A stretch of 64,000 bases of DNA from an uncultured candidate division WWE3 bacterium (GTDB lineage Bacteria; Patescibacteriota; WWE3; UBA101185; UBA10185), in assembly GCA_938004185.1 (NCBI GenBank), contig CALKWN010000065.1:315111-379110 (forward strand), in the 5' to 3' direction. Position numbers and translations under genes: made by a program. The notes below the pieces were generated by a model that was not told the DNA's origin, did no database searches, and worked only from the letters and a program-made list of their open reading frames with translations. Shown piece by piece: positions 1 to 9,753 of this stretch. Each line of letters opens with the position of its first letter. Within the stretch, counting starts at the first letter, position 1.

Positions 1-15
1 AAAAATAGTCTGAGC

Positions 16-60
16 AAAGAAAACGGGGCAATGTAGTTTATAAACTTTTACATTACCCCT
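16..60 (-). terminator. Probable intrinsic terminator downstream of the 67..312 ORF
   Basis: Imperfect hairpin GGGGCAATGTA...TACATTACCCC (25-59), followed on the minus strand by a T-rich tract. Confidence 0.5.
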
Positions 61-66
61 TTAGTA

Positions 67-312
67 CTACTCCTTCTCAACCTTAGGGTGCTTATTCAAG
101 AGAATTTCACGGGACACCTCGTTAATGTCTCTGTGACGGTCTCTGTAGCTCCCACAAAAACAGCTTTTTGTACAATATGGGCCCGGAACGTGAGGTAAAA
201 CCCTTTCACTTTCCGCCCGGGAAAGACGTACAGCACTATCGGTAGGCTTACATCTTCCCTTACCGGCTCTTGCCTGGGCTACTATGGCGTCAACAATTTC
301 TTTTACGTCCAT
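67..312 (-). CDS. Hypothetical protein (81 aa, CxxxCxC cluster)
   Basis: ORF with strong SD GGAGGTG upstream of ATG and a downstream hairpin; no recognisable family. Confidence 0.6.
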   Translation of the reverse strand: MDVKEIVDAIVAQARAGKGRCKPTDSAVRLSRAESERVLPHVPGPYCTKSCFCGSYRDRHRDINEVSREILLNKHPKVEKE

Positions 313-496
313 CGCACACCTCCGATCAATCGAATCGTTTCTGATTACAACCGGGTTTACTAACCCTTTTAACAGACCTCCGCGGAAAAATTTGTACCTT
401 CAATTGCTCTCCTTTTTTAAGTTTAAAAAAAACGACCCCCTGGAAGAAATCTTCGTTTAGTTGGCCGTTACAATATTTAATTGAGCAAATCGTAGC

Positions 497-529
497 AAAA
501 AAAAGTTCCGGAGTCAAACGCTCCGGAAC
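497..529 (-). terminator. Intrinsic terminator of rplS
   Basis: Perfect 9-bp stem GTTCCGGAG/CTCCGGAAC plus 8 T on the minus strand. Confidence 0.85.
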
Positions 530-559
530 AAATAAGTCCGTGTTAAATAAAACTAAAAA

Positions 560-1045
560 TTACTTTTTAATCTCTTTAACTCTCATAGCTTCTCTACCTA
601 CTTTATCTCTAAGATAGTAAAGTTTAGCTCTTCTGACATTTCCTCTTTTCATTACTTTTATTTTTTCTATGTTAGGTGAGTGCAAAGGAAAAATTCTTTC
701 AACCCCTACCTGATCGGCGCCTATTCTTCTAACAGTAAATGTTTTGGATACATCAGACCCTCTGAAAGATATCACAATACCCTCAAAAGGCTGTATTCTC
801 ATTTTGTCGCCTTCGATTATTTTGTAAAAAACTCTTACGGTGTCCCCGGCTCTGAATTCAGGAAGTTTTTCCTCTGTCTGATCGGTAGAATCGTCTTCAA
901 CACTCTCTTCGTCGACAGTAGTTTCTTCCGTTACTTCAACGTTTTCTTGTTCGGCAATCTCTTCTGCGGGTGTCTCGTCAGCAACTACAGGAGTATCCTG
1001 CTGGTCGGTGTCTTGTTTTGTTGTATCTTTAATATTATCGGTCAT
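560..1045 (-). CDS. rplS: 50S ribosomal protein L19 with acidic N-terminal extension
   Basis: Motifs [40 protein letters not shown]. Confidence 0.97.
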   Translation of the reverse strand: MTDNIKDTTKQDTDQQDTPVVADETPAEEIAEQENVEVTEETTVDEESVEDDSTDQTEEKLPEFRAGDTVRVFYKIIEGDKMRIQPFEGIVISFRGSDVSKTFTVRRIGADQVGVERIFPLHSPNIEKIKVMKRGNVRRAKLYYLRDKVGREAMRVKEIKK

Positions 1046-1093
1046 AGACTGTGATAGGATAGCAAATTAATACCGAGATTTCAATAATTTCAA

Positions 1094-3205
1094 TTATTTC
1101 TTTCTCGAACCCACTTTTGCAGGTTTTCCGACGGAAATATCCAAACCGCCCGAGCCTGAAATATTTATTGTAAGGGAGTCTCCCTCAGAGATTTCACCAG
1201 CAATAATCTTGCTGGAAACGACGTTCTCAACCTCTTTTTGTATAAGTCTTCTTAAAGGTCTTGCTCCGTATTCATCGCTGTACCCGTTTTCTACCAAGTA
1301 ATCAACTGCCTTAGGTGTTATTTCCAAATTTATCTGCTGTTCTTTTAACATTTTTTTGGTTTTCTCAAGCATACGTAAAGTAATCTCTTTAATATCTTCT
1401 CTGCCCAAGCTTGTAAAAACAACAATCTCATCAATTCTATTCAAAAATTCCGGTTTAAAAGAGTCTTTCAAAATACCGAATATTCTTTTGTCTGCGGACC
1501 TTTCCGCCTCATCGTGACTCTTTTTCATATCTTCGTTAAAACCTATATCTTTTCTTCGTAAAAGTTCCGATCCGACATTTGATGTGAGTATTAAAATTGT
1601 GTTTTTAAAGTCTACCGTTCTACCTTTGCTATCCGTTAACCTTCCGTCTTCCATAATCTGAAGGAGTGTATTAAAAGTATCGGGATGGGCTTTTTCTATC
1701 TCATCCAACAAAATAACTGAAAAAGGCTTTCTTCTTACAACATCGGTTAACTGACCGCCCTGGTCATAACCGATATATCCGGGAGGGGCACCTATCATTT
1801 TGCTTACAGAGTGCTTCTCCATGTACTCACTCATATCGAGCCTTATAATCATATCCTCGTCACCGTATAAGGCTTCGGCAAGAGTCTTAGCTAATTCGGT
1901 TTTACCTACACCTGTAGGACCTAAAAATAAGAAAGAGCCAATCGGCCTTTTTGGATCTTTTAATCCTGCTCTTGCTCTCCTTATAGCTTCCGATAAAACG
2001 CTTATAGCTTTGTCCTGCCCCACTACTCTATTTTTAATTGTTTCTTCAAGTTTTAATAATCGTTCTCGTTCAACAACATTCAGTTTCTCAAGAGGAATGC
2101 CTGTAGCCCTCGAGACCACTTTTATAACCGCGTCTTCGGTAACATCCGGAATTTCTTCGAGTTTTGTTTTAGTCCAAATTTCCACCAATTCGGATTTTAT
2201 CTTTTCGAGCTCTTCGAGTTTCTTTTTAACTTCATTTTTCTCTTCATCCGAAATTTTATTTTTTCTTCCCTGCGATTTTAAGTTTGAAATTTCTTCTTCT
2301 ACTTTTTTCAAATTTTCGGGCTCTTTAACCTGTGAGAGTCTGACCATAGCACAAGCTTCATCTATAAGATCTATTGCCTTATCCGGCAAAAACCTGTCGG
2401 AAATATATCTGTCGCTCATTTTTACAGCCGATATTATTGCGTCATCGGATATTTTTACATTGTGGTGTGACTCGTAGCGTTCACGTAATCCGCGTAAAAT
2501 CTCAACTGTATCTTCAGTAGTCGGCTCATTTACCATAATAGGTTGGAATCTTCTCTCGAGTGCGGCGTCCTTTTCAACATGCTTTCTGTATTCGTCTATC
2601 GTAGTTGCACCTACCATCTGTAACTCACCTCTTGCAAGTGCGGGCTTTAGAATATTTGCCGCATCCATCGAACCTTCAGCACTTCCGGCTCCTATTACCG
2701 TATGAAGCTCATCGACGAACATTATTATCTGACCGTTGGCCGAAATTACCTCCGAAATAATATCTTTTAGCCTTCCTTCAAACATCCCCCTGTGAGATGT
2801 ACCGGCAATAATTGAAGCCAAATCGAGCATAAATACTCTTTTTCCGCGCAGAGGCTCCGGAACCTGCCCGTTTACAATTTTTTGGGCAAGACCCTCAACT
2901 ATGGCGGTCTTACCTACTCCCGGGTCGCCAATTAACACCGGGTTATTTTTTGTTCTTCTGGAAAGGATATGAATAACACGCTCAATTTCGTTCTTTCTAC
3001 CGATTACGGGATCGAGTTTGCCTTCCCTTGCGAGCTGAGTTAGATCACGACCGTATTTATCCAGTTTAGAAGCCGACTGATTTGTTTCTTTTATAACTTC
3101 GGCGTAACAAACCTCACAAAGGGCCATATAAACCTGTTTGCCCTCAATAATCTGATTTATGGGATATTTTGCGGGGCGTTGTCCGCATCTGTGGCAGAGT
3201 ACCAT
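1094..3205 (-). CDS. Clp/Hsp100 ATPase, ClpE-like (N-terminal CxxC...CxxC zinc finger, two AAA+ modules)
   Basis: Walker A GDPGVGKT and GPTGVGKT; [13 protein letters not shown]; YGARPLRR; N-terminus CHRC...CEVC in place of ClpC N-domain repeats. Confidence 0.9.
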   Translation of the reverse strand: MVLCHRCGQRPAKYPINQIIEGKQVYMALCEVCYAEVIKETNQSASKLDKYGRDLTQLAREGKLDPVIGRKNEIERVIHILSRRTKNNPVLIGDPGVGKTAIVEGLAQKIVNGQVPEPLRGKRVFMLDLASIIAGTSHRGMFEGRLKDIISEVISANGQIIMFVDELHTVIGAGSAEGSMDAANILKPALARGELQMVGATTIDEYRKHVEKDAALERRFQPIMVNEPTTEDTVEILRGLRERYESHHNVKISDDAIISAVKMSDRYISDRFLPDKAIDLIDEACAMVRLSQVKEPENLKKVEEEISNLKSQGRKNKISDEEKNEVKKKLEELEKIKSELVEIWTKTKLEEIPDVTEDAVIKVVSRATGIPLEKLNVVERERLLKLEETIKNRVVGQDKAISVLSEAIRRARAGLKDPKRPIGSFLFLGPTGVGKTELAKTLAEALYGDEDMIIRLDMSEYMEKHSVSKMIGAPPGYIGYDQGGQLTDVVRRKPFSVILLDEIEKAHPDTFNTLLQIMEDGRLTDSKGRTVDFKNTILILTSNVGSELLRRKDIGFNEDMKKSHDEAERSADKRIFGILKDSFKPEFLNRIDEIVVFTSLGREDIKEITLRMLEKTKKMLKEQQINLEITPKAVDYLVENGYSDEYGARPLRRLIQKEVENVVSSKIIAGEISEGDSLTINISGSGGLDISVGKPAKVGSRKK

Positions 3206-3254
3206 GAAAAGTATATTAGCACTCGATGTTTATGAGTGCAAGAGTTATTTGCGA

Positions 3255-5102
3255 TTAGTGTTCCCAAACATCGCCTACAAAAGGATCGCTTACGACTTTT
3301 ACTTTTTTAATAAACAATTCGGCTGCTCTTACCATTTCTTCAGACTGCACTTTTGCCCAATATTCCGCCTGATCCTCACGAACTTCGGAAACTATCTCAT
3401 CGTGTACGGTCAGCGTAAGCGAACCGTCTATTCCCTCTTTAACTCTCCTATCGTTCAAAAATATAAGTGCGTATTTTATTGCGTCAGCATTAGTGCCCTG
3501 GATGGGATGATTTTTAGCTTCCCTTTCAATTCGCGATGTTTTCTTTCTAAAATCGGGGTCGTTTTTTTCAGGTTTTTCGTACCATCTTTTTCTTCCGAGG
3601 GGGGTTGTACTAAAACCGTCTCTTACAGCTTTTTTGGCTGTCTTATCAAGGTATTCCTTAACACTGGGGTAACTTGCAAAATATCTGTTCACATAATCCT
3701 CGCCTTGTTCTTTAGAAACAGGCTTTCCCGATTCATTTTCAATGCGGCCGGCCAGACCTATCGCACCCATTCCGTACATTAAACCGAACCCTATCGGTTT
3801 TGCAATTTGCCTTAAATCCGGATATTTCTTTTTGAAATCATCACTATAAGGCACGTTAAACATAAGTGATGCGGTATATGAGTGAATATCTAAACCGTCA
3901 TTTAATGCTTTTATCATTTTAGCGTCCCCGGAAAGCTCGGCTAAAATTCTCATTTCAAAGGCCGAATAATCTGCAGTTACTAATTTGTACCCAGGTTCGG
4001 GATTAAAACAGGTTCTAAACGGAGCTTCTTCAGAATTTCTCGGAATTTGCTGAAGGTTAGGGTTATTACAGGAAAATCTTCCTGTAGCAGTGCCCAACTG
4101 ATTAAATTCGGGATGAAGTCTTTTTGTAACCGGATTTATTTTTGACAATAAACTGTCACCAAAAGCCGATAATAGTTTTTCATAACCTCTGTAGTTTCTT
4201 AAAATCTTTACTACCGGATGAGGATTGGTGGCCAAAATAGCGTCACCTGTTGAAGGTAAATTCAGATTCAGCCTTACATTGAAAAGTTCCATCAACTGCT
4301 GCTGACTGTTCATGTTAATCGTGTCGGCGTGGTTCCCGAACAAATCTATCATGTTATGTTGATACAAAGGTCTTATTGCTTCCTGAAACTCCTTTGCCAA
4401 TGCATTTCTTTTTTCCGAAAGTTTTACCATAATATCGCGCCATTTTTGTTCATCGATGTAAATTCCTTTGAGCTCCATTTCTCCGACCGCTCGGGTAGCT
4501 GAAAATTCGAGCTTGGCAACGTTTAAAAGATTTTCTTTTTTTATCTTTACAAGCTGTTCTTCGAATATCGGAAATAAAATTAATGTATCCAGGGCCGAGT
4601 ACTTTAGCTGTTCTACATTTATTTTTGTTTTAGTCGTTACACCTTCAAACGTCTCCCTAACATCCTTTTTCAAATCCATTCCGGTATATTTTTTTGTAAG
4701 GTCTTTCAAGGAATAGTATCCGCGTCCCATACCTGCGTTTAAAATAACTTCAGCCAGCATCGTATCGTACATGTTTGTAGGAGCTGCGCCCACATGTACT
4801 TTCAAATGCCTGTAGTCAAATTTTCCGTTGTGAAAAATTTTTAGTATTTTAGGATTCTCTAAGTACTCTTTAAACCTGGCGATATTTTTTAAATCTAAGG
4901 CTCGGGCATCAAAAATGTAACTTTTATCTTCGACTCCTATTTGAACCAATAAAAGAGTTGAAGTGTAAGGATCCAATCCCGTACCTTCGATATCTACCCC
5001 GACAACTTTGGCTTTTTCTAAAAAATCTAAAGCCTCGTTAAGCTTATCTTTTTCTTTTATGTATTCGTAAGAAGGATTCTCCGGATCAAATTTAAGTTCC
5101 AT
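3255..5102 (-). CDS. polA: Family A DNA polymerase (3'-5' exonuclease plus polymerase; no 5'-3' nuclease domain)
   Basis: Exo motifs DIEGTGL, HNGKFD, YSALD; TGRFSCNNPNLQQIP; motif A DYSAFEMR; motif B KPIGFGLMYG; motif C VHDE. Confidence 0.93.
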   Translation of the reverse strand: MELKFDPENPSYEYIKEKDKLNEALDFLEKAKVVGVDIEGTGLDPYTSTLLLVQIGVEDKSYIFDARALDLKNIARFKEYLENPKILKIFHNGKFDYRHLKVHVGAAPTNMYDTMLAEVILNAGMGRGYYSLKDLTKKYTGMDLKKDVRETFEGVTTKTKINVEQLKYSALDTLILFPIFEEQLVKIKKENLLNVAKLEFSATRAVGEMELKGIYIDEQKWRDIMVKLSEKRNALAKEFQEAIRPLYQHNMIDLFGNHADTINMNSQQQLMELFNVRLNLNLPSTGDAILATNPHPVVKILRNYRGYEKLLSAFGDSLLSKINPVTKRLHPEFNQLGTATGRFSCNNPNLQQIPRNSEEAPFRTCFNPEPGYKLVTADYSAFEMRILAELSGDAKMIKALNDGLDIHSYTASLMFNVPYSDDFKKKYPDLRQIAKPIGFGLMYGMGAIGLAGRIENESGKPVSKEQGEDYVNRYFASYPSVKEYLDKTAKKAVRDGFSTTPLGRKRWYEKPEKNDPDFRKKTSRIEREAKNHPIQGTNADAIKYALIFLNDRRVKEGIDGSLTLTVHDEIVSEVREDQAEYWAKVQSEEMVRAAELFIKKVKVVSDPFVGDVWEH

Positions 5103-5150
5103 TTCAAGTATGATATTACCCGATTGAGCCTTAAGATGAAATACCCGAAC

Positions 5151-5179
5151 TTGACTCGAACAAACTATTTACCTAGAAT
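5151..5179 (+). promoter_or_regulatory. Sigma70-type promoter of the 5217..5528 ORF
   Basis: TTGACT-17 bp-TAGAAT. Confidence 0.65.
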
Positions 5180-5216
5180 TCGGTACAAACAAAAAACACT
5201 AACAGAGAGGAGAGTC

Positions 5217-5528
5217 ATGAGAGAGCTAAGTCAGGAAAACTTACGAAAAGTTGAGGCAAGTTTTAGAGGAAAATACAATAGAGAGGTCTGGTTGATACCC
5301 AAGTATGAATACGGAACCGGACGCAACATGTGGCGTGTGCTTGAAGATATGGGTTTTGAAGTCAGAAATTACCTGAAAGTCGGCATACTTTTAATTGTTA
5401 CTCCGCCCAGAAGCTGGAAAAGGCAGGTAATCGGGCACTGGACGTACATCAAAAACAGTCGCGGGAAAATTAAGCTGTTTGCATACTACAGAGACATACA
5501 AGATTGCTATCTGAAACTACCGAAATAG
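5217..5528 (+). CDS. Hypothetical basic protein (start reassigned to ATG 5217)
   Basis: SD GAGAGGAG before ATG 5217; own promoter and terminator. Confidence 0.65.
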   Translation: MRELSQENLRKVEASFRGKYNREVWLIPKYEYGTGRNMWRVLEDMGFEVRNYLKVGILLIVTPPRSWKRQVIGHWTYIKNSRGKIKLFAYYRDIQDCYLKLPK

Positions 5529-5555
5529 CATTGTTTCCGGATATCAGCAAAACAA

Positions 5556-5598
5556 AGCCGTAATTAGAACCAACAATTCTTTTTACGGCTATTTTTTT
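5556..5598. terminator. Probably bidirectional terminator between the ORFan and gatB
   Basis: Stem AGCCGTAA/TTACGGCT with T/A tracts on both sides. Confidence 0.65.
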
Positions 5599-6898
5599 AA
5601 ACAGACTCTTTTATGATTCGGAGAGTTGTAGCGGGATCAGCTTTACCCTTCATTTCCCTCATAACACCGCCCAGCAAAAACTGCAGTGCACTTTCTTTTC
5701 CGTTTTTAAAATCCTGGACGGCAGCAGGGTTATTTTGTAAGACGGTTTCTACTGCTTTTCTAATCTCATCGCTATTTGAAACTTTTTCGCCTTCATTTTT
5801 TACCCTCAACAAAATTTCGGATGCTGAAAGCTCCGACAAATCTTTGCGGTTAATTAAAATGTTAGCTGCTTTTGTAGACTCCAGCCCACCTGAAGTTAAA
5901 TCATGAAGTTTTTGAACCGCTTCTCTTCCCATAACTTCAACGAGGATTCGGCTTTGCTCTTTGCTTAAACCGTCTTTTTCCAGTTGAATACGCAGTGCAG
6001 AGGGCAATTCACCAACCAATAAGCCCAATTCCTCGATATACTTATCATCAAAAACCATGGGCGGTATATCGGGTTCCGGAAAATATCTGTAATCAGAAGC
6101 TTCTTCTTTGGTTCTTTGAGGAACAGTAATATTTTTAACATCGTTGTACCCTCTATTTTCTTGTTTCGGTGTTGAACCTGATTCCAAAATTTCGGTTTGT
6201 CTGGTTATTTCCGCGCGTACCGCTTTTTCCATAAACTTAAATGAGTTAATATTTTTGACTTCGACTTTGTAAGAAGGCAGTTCACCCTTTTTCTCCATCT
6301 CGGGCGTCCTTAAAGAAATATTTGCCTCGAGCCTCATCTGACCTTTTTCCATATCCCCCTCGCTTATTCCTAAATACCTGCAAATTACCTGAAGCTTTTT
6401 GCAGTAATCAACCGCGTCCTCGATAGAAGAAAAACACGGTCTTGTAACTATTTCTATCAAAGGCAATCCTGATTTGTTAAAGTCGACTAAAGTTTTTCCG
6501 TTTTGGTGAAATGACTTTGCAACATCTTCTTCGAGATGGACTCGCTCAATATCGGCCGTGTTTCCGCTTTCCAGAATTAAAGAACCGTTTTCGCATAAAG
6601 GCTGTTTGTACTGACTAATTTGGTAACCTTTCGGGAGATCGGGGTAAAAATAATGCTTTCTGTCGAATCTTGAATCTTTATTTAAAGTGCATCCTAAGGC
6701 TAGGCCAAGTAACTGTGCCTTTTTCACGCCTTCCGGATTGGGAACAGGCAAAGCACCGGGCAATCCTAAACATGTGGGGCACGTATGTGTATTAGGCTCA
6801 GCTTTCCATATATCCGCACTGCAACCGCAGAACATTTTCAGTTCTGTTTTAGGCTGAATATGAAATTCCATTCCCAGTACTAATTTAAATTCGCTCAT
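5597..6898 (-). CDS. gatB: Asp/Glu-tRNA amidotransferase subunit B
   Basis: KMFCGC, CLGLPGALP, FDRKHYFYPDLPKGYQISQ, HLEED, YRYFPEPD. Confidence 0.97.
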   Translation of the reverse strand: MSEFKLVLGMEFHIQPKTELKMFCGCSADIWKAEPNTHTCPTCLGLPGALPVPNPEGVKKAQLLGLALGCTLNKDSRFDRKHYFYPDLPKGYQISQYKQPLCENGSLILESGNTADIERVHLEEDVAKSFHQNGKTLVDFNKSGLPLIEIVTRPCFSSIEDAVDYCKKLQVICRYLGISEGDMEKGQMRLEANISLRTPEMEKKGELPSYKVEVKNINSFKFMEKAVRAEITRQTEILESGSTPKQENRGYNDVKNITVPQRTKEEASDYRYFPEPDIPPMVFDDKYIEELGLLVGELPSALRIQLEKDGLSKEQSRILVEVMGREAVQKLHDLTSGGLESTKAANILINRKDLSELSASEILLRVKNEGEKVSNSDEIRKAVETVLQNNPAAVQDFKNGKESALQFLLGGVMREMKGKADPATTLRIIKESV

Positions 6899-7290
6899 AC
6901 GCGCACTCCTAATTTATATAAACCTTCTTTTAGATTTGCTACTGCTTCATTAATTACAAAGTAGGGCGGCTCGAATCCGGCCTCATGAACTAAGCTATTT
7001 CTTAATTTGTGAGCATCCCAAATTCTTCCGTAAGTCACTCTGTCAAACTTTTCTTTTGAGTTTTTTAATCTTTCACCCATTGTTTCTCCGGGAACAACAT
7101 CTTTTAAAGCGGCGTCCAAAGTTTTGTCGGCAGTAATTAATGCCTGTTTTAACTGAGCCGGACTTTTCTGTTTTAATAAGATAGCTATATTGTCCCAGTC
7201 GGAAGTTATTTTTCTCACAGTGTCCTGAGATACTGTGCCGTAAGAATATGAGGCTGTATTTTTTCCGAATATTGTTTCAAAAAATCCCAT
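6895..7290 (-). CDS. Hypothetical protein with HEPN-like RNxxxH motif
   Basis: Translationally coupled between gatA and gatB; helical character; LRNSLVH motif. Confidence 0.75.
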   Translation of the reverse strand: MGFFETIFGKNTASYSYGTVSQDTVRKITSDWDNIAILLKQKSPAQLKQALITADKTLDAALKDVVPGETMGERLKNSKEKFDRVTYGRIWDAHKLRNSLVHEAGFEPPYFVINEAVANLKEGLYKLGVRV

Positions 7291-7292
7291 AT

Positions 7293-8732
7293 CTATTCCT
7301 TTATAAGTGTGGGCTTCTCGTTATGAAAACCCGTCTCTCTTTGATAAGAGCACAAAGCTCCGAAAATTTTTGACTCCTCATTCATTCTTGCCATTATCTG
7401 CACACCTACCGGAAGTCCGTTATAAAAACCGCAGGGGACGCTAACTCCCGGAACTCCTGCAATACAGCTGGGTTCGTTTAGTACATCCATCATTTCACCG
7501 AACATTGCAGAATTAGAACTTTCTCCGACATCTAAAGCCACGCAAGGCATTGATGGTGCTACAAGAAGATCCACTTTTTCAAAAGCCTTATCAAAACTGT
7601 CTTTTATTAAAGTTCTTACTTTTTGAGCTTTCGAATAGTAAGCGTCGTAGTATCCCGAGCTTAAAGTATACGTACCCAGCATTATTCTTTTTTTAGCTTC
7701 GAAGCCGAAAGAATTTCGGTCATTTCCGTATCTTATTCCGTCAAGACGCGCCAAATTAGAAGATACCTCGGATCTTTGTAAAATTGTATAGACCGCGATC
7801 GAGTATTTAGGGCTTAACATATCAACATCGATTATCTCGGCGCCCAAAGATTTGAATACTTCTATCGCTTCATCAACTTTTTTTCTTGTTCCCTCTTCAA
7901 GATCCATTTCAAAGTAGGACACCGGCCTTCCGATTTTAACTCCTTTCAAATCGTATTTACCTGCCTCCGACAAATAATCTTCAACAGCTGCGGGAGAGGA
8001 AGTTGCATCAAGAGGATCTTTCCCGGCCATAACCGAAAGAACTAACGCTCCGTCTTCGGCAGTTTTTGTAAGAGGTCCCGGGCTGTCCGTAGAAGAAGCC
8101 ATTGCAATAATTCCGTACCTGCTAACTCTTCCGTAAGACGGTTTGACTCCGGTTACTCCGCACCAAGAAGCAGGACCCCTAGTACTACCCCCGGTCTCAC
8201 TTCCTGTCGCAAAAAGGCACATGTGTGCTGAAACAGCTGCTGCCGAACCTCCGGATGAACCTCCCGGAACTTTTGTTAAATCCCAAGGATTGAAAGTTGT
8301 TCCATAATCGGAAGTTTCGGTTGAAGAACCATGAGCCAGCGCGTCGAGATTTGTTTTTCCGAGCAACACAGCACCGGCGTCGTTAAGTTTTTGTATCGCA
8401 GTAGCGTCAAAGGGAGGCTCGTATCCTTCAAGAATTTTTGAAGCCGCTGTTGTTTCAATATTTTTCGTTGAATAGTTATCTTTTGCTGCGTAGGGAATGC
8501 CTAACAAAGGTTTATCTTCAAAAGCTTTTTCTCCTTTTTCGGAAATTAAATTATCAGCTTCCTTTGCTCTTTCCATAGCAATATCTTTGGTCACTCTTAA
8601 AAAGGCTTTAATTTTCGGGTCAAATTTCTCGATCTGATCCAAACATGCAACGGTAAGGTCGGTTGATGAGATATCTCCTTTTTTTAGGTCCTTTAAGGCC
8701 TCTACAACTGTAAGTTCGTTCAAATTATTCAC
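7293..8732 (-). CDS. gatA: Asp/Glu-tRNA amidotransferase subunit A
   Basis: Amidase signature GGSSGGSAAAV, GSETGGS, SSNLARLDG. Confidence 0.97.
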   Translation of the reverse strand: MNNLNELTVVEALKDLKKGDISSTDLTVACLDQIEKFDPKIKAFLRVTKDIAMERAKEADNLISEKGEKAFEDKPLLGIPYAAKDNYSTKNIETTAASKILEGYEPPFDATAIQKLNDAGAVLLGKTNLDALAHGSSTETSDYGTTFNPWDLTKVPGGSSGGSAAAVSAHMCLFATGSETGGSTRGPASWCGVTGVKPSYGRVSRYGIIAMASSTDSPGPLTKTAEDGALVLSVMAGKDPLDATSSPAAVEDYLSEAGKYDLKGVKIGRPVSYFEMDLEEGTRKKVDEAIEVFKSLGAEIIDVDMLSPKYSIAVYTILQRSEVSSNLARLDGIRYGNDRNSFGFEAKKRIMLGTYTLSSGYYDAYYSKAQKVRTLIKDSFDKAFEKVDLLVAPSMPCVALDVGESSNSAMFGEMMDVLNEPSCIAGVPGVSVPCGFYNGLPVGVQIMARMNEESKIFGALCSYQRETGFHNEKPTLIKE

Positions 8733-9015
8733 GATCGAAAACTCCTTTCGTGACCACCAAATCTTTCTCTTTATTTTTTACGTTCTTCAGCGCCTCTTCT
8801 TTGGAGAGAGTAACAGTCCGAGAACCGTCCTGAAAAACATTTTTTAATCCTGTTACCTGAAAGGTTTCCTCAACTTTAGAAGTATCTAGCTCGTCTAAAA
8901 TTTTCACGTAATCCAGGGTATCGCTAAGTAGTTTTGAAAACTTCCCCTCATTGCCGGAAATATCTAGTTTAGACATTTCAGCTATTTTTTTTACCTCATC
9001 TATAGATATGCTCAT
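8725..9015 (-). CDS. gatC: Asp/Glu-tRNA amidotransferase subunit C
   Basis: Size, position before gatA, EVKKIAEMSKL...LDELDT pattern. Confidence 0.9.
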   Translation of the reverse strand: MSISIDEVKKIAEMSKLDISGNEGKFSKLLSDTLDYVKILDELDTSKVEETFQVTGLKNVFQDGSRTVTLSKEEALKNVKNKEKDLVVTKGVFDRE

Positions 9016-9054
9016 ACAAAGGTATTAAAGCAAATTTTTGTTCATATTTAAAGC

Positions 9055-9097
9055 AAAAGAAATGCCCGTCAAAAAATTTTTAGTTTTTAAGACGGGC
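9055..9097 (-). terminator. Terminator of the 9107..9664 ORF
   Basis: Stem GCCCGTC/GACGGGC followed by a T-rich tract on the minus strand. Confidence 0.6.
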
Positions 9098-9106
9098 GTG
9101 GATAAA

Positions 9107-9664
9107 CTAGATGACTAGTTCTTCCTGCTCAAAATCTTGCGTAATATCTTCCATGTCCTCATAAAATAGTTCCGCAATTTGCCTACCCAAAGGACCTGAA
9201 AAATAGAATCCCATGGTTTCCAAACTGCTTTTAGGAAAAACAACGTCAACTCTGAGCAAGGGAATTTTTATCACACCGAATGGTTTATAGTACAACATAC
9301 AAGTACTGCCTTTACCTGAATCGAATTTTATTTGGGACTCATGCGTTACTACATGCCCCATATAAATAAGATTCGGCTCGACCTGGGATACAATAACATG
9401 CAGCGAGCATACAGCTCTATTCAACTCGCAACCTCGATGAACAACCGCACGGGTGTCAGGAGATTTGTCGTACATCAGCATGCTATCCAGCTCTTCGAAG
9501 CAAATAGGCGGTATTAAACCGAAATCGATGTAACTTTTTGATCTTTCCCTAGTTATCTCGGATAAAGTTGGGGTGACATAGTCCTTTTGCTTTCTGAATA
9601 TTGTAAACAAAAGGCATGCACCAAGAACCACCATCACGGTCCAAAAACACTGATCTTCCGTCAT
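9107..9664 (-). CDS. Hypothetical protein with N-terminal membrane anchor
   Basis: SD AAGGAGGAG, N-terminal hydrophobic helix, own promoter and terminator. Confidence 0.7.
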   Translation of the reverse strand: MTEDQCFWTVMVVLGACLLFTIFRKQKDYVTPTLSEITRERSKSYIDFGLIPPICFEELDSMLMYDKSPDTRAVVHRGCELNRAVCSLHVIVSQVEPNLIYMGHVVTHESQIKFDSGKGSTCMLYYKPFGVIKIPLLRVDVVFPKSSLETMGFYFSGPLGRQIAELFYEDMEDITQDFEQEELVI

Positions 9665-9709
9665 CTCTCCTCCTTAATATATGATTTTTATTAAAATCCG
9701 CGATAACGC

Positions 9710-9738
9710 ATTATATTTTTGAGCGGGAAATTAGTCAA
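9710..9738 (-). promoter_or_regulatory. Sigma70-type promoter of the 9107..9664 ORF
   Basis: TTGACT-17 bp-TATAAT on the minus strand. Confidence 0.75.
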
Positions 9739-9753
9739 CAAATCCTGATTTGT

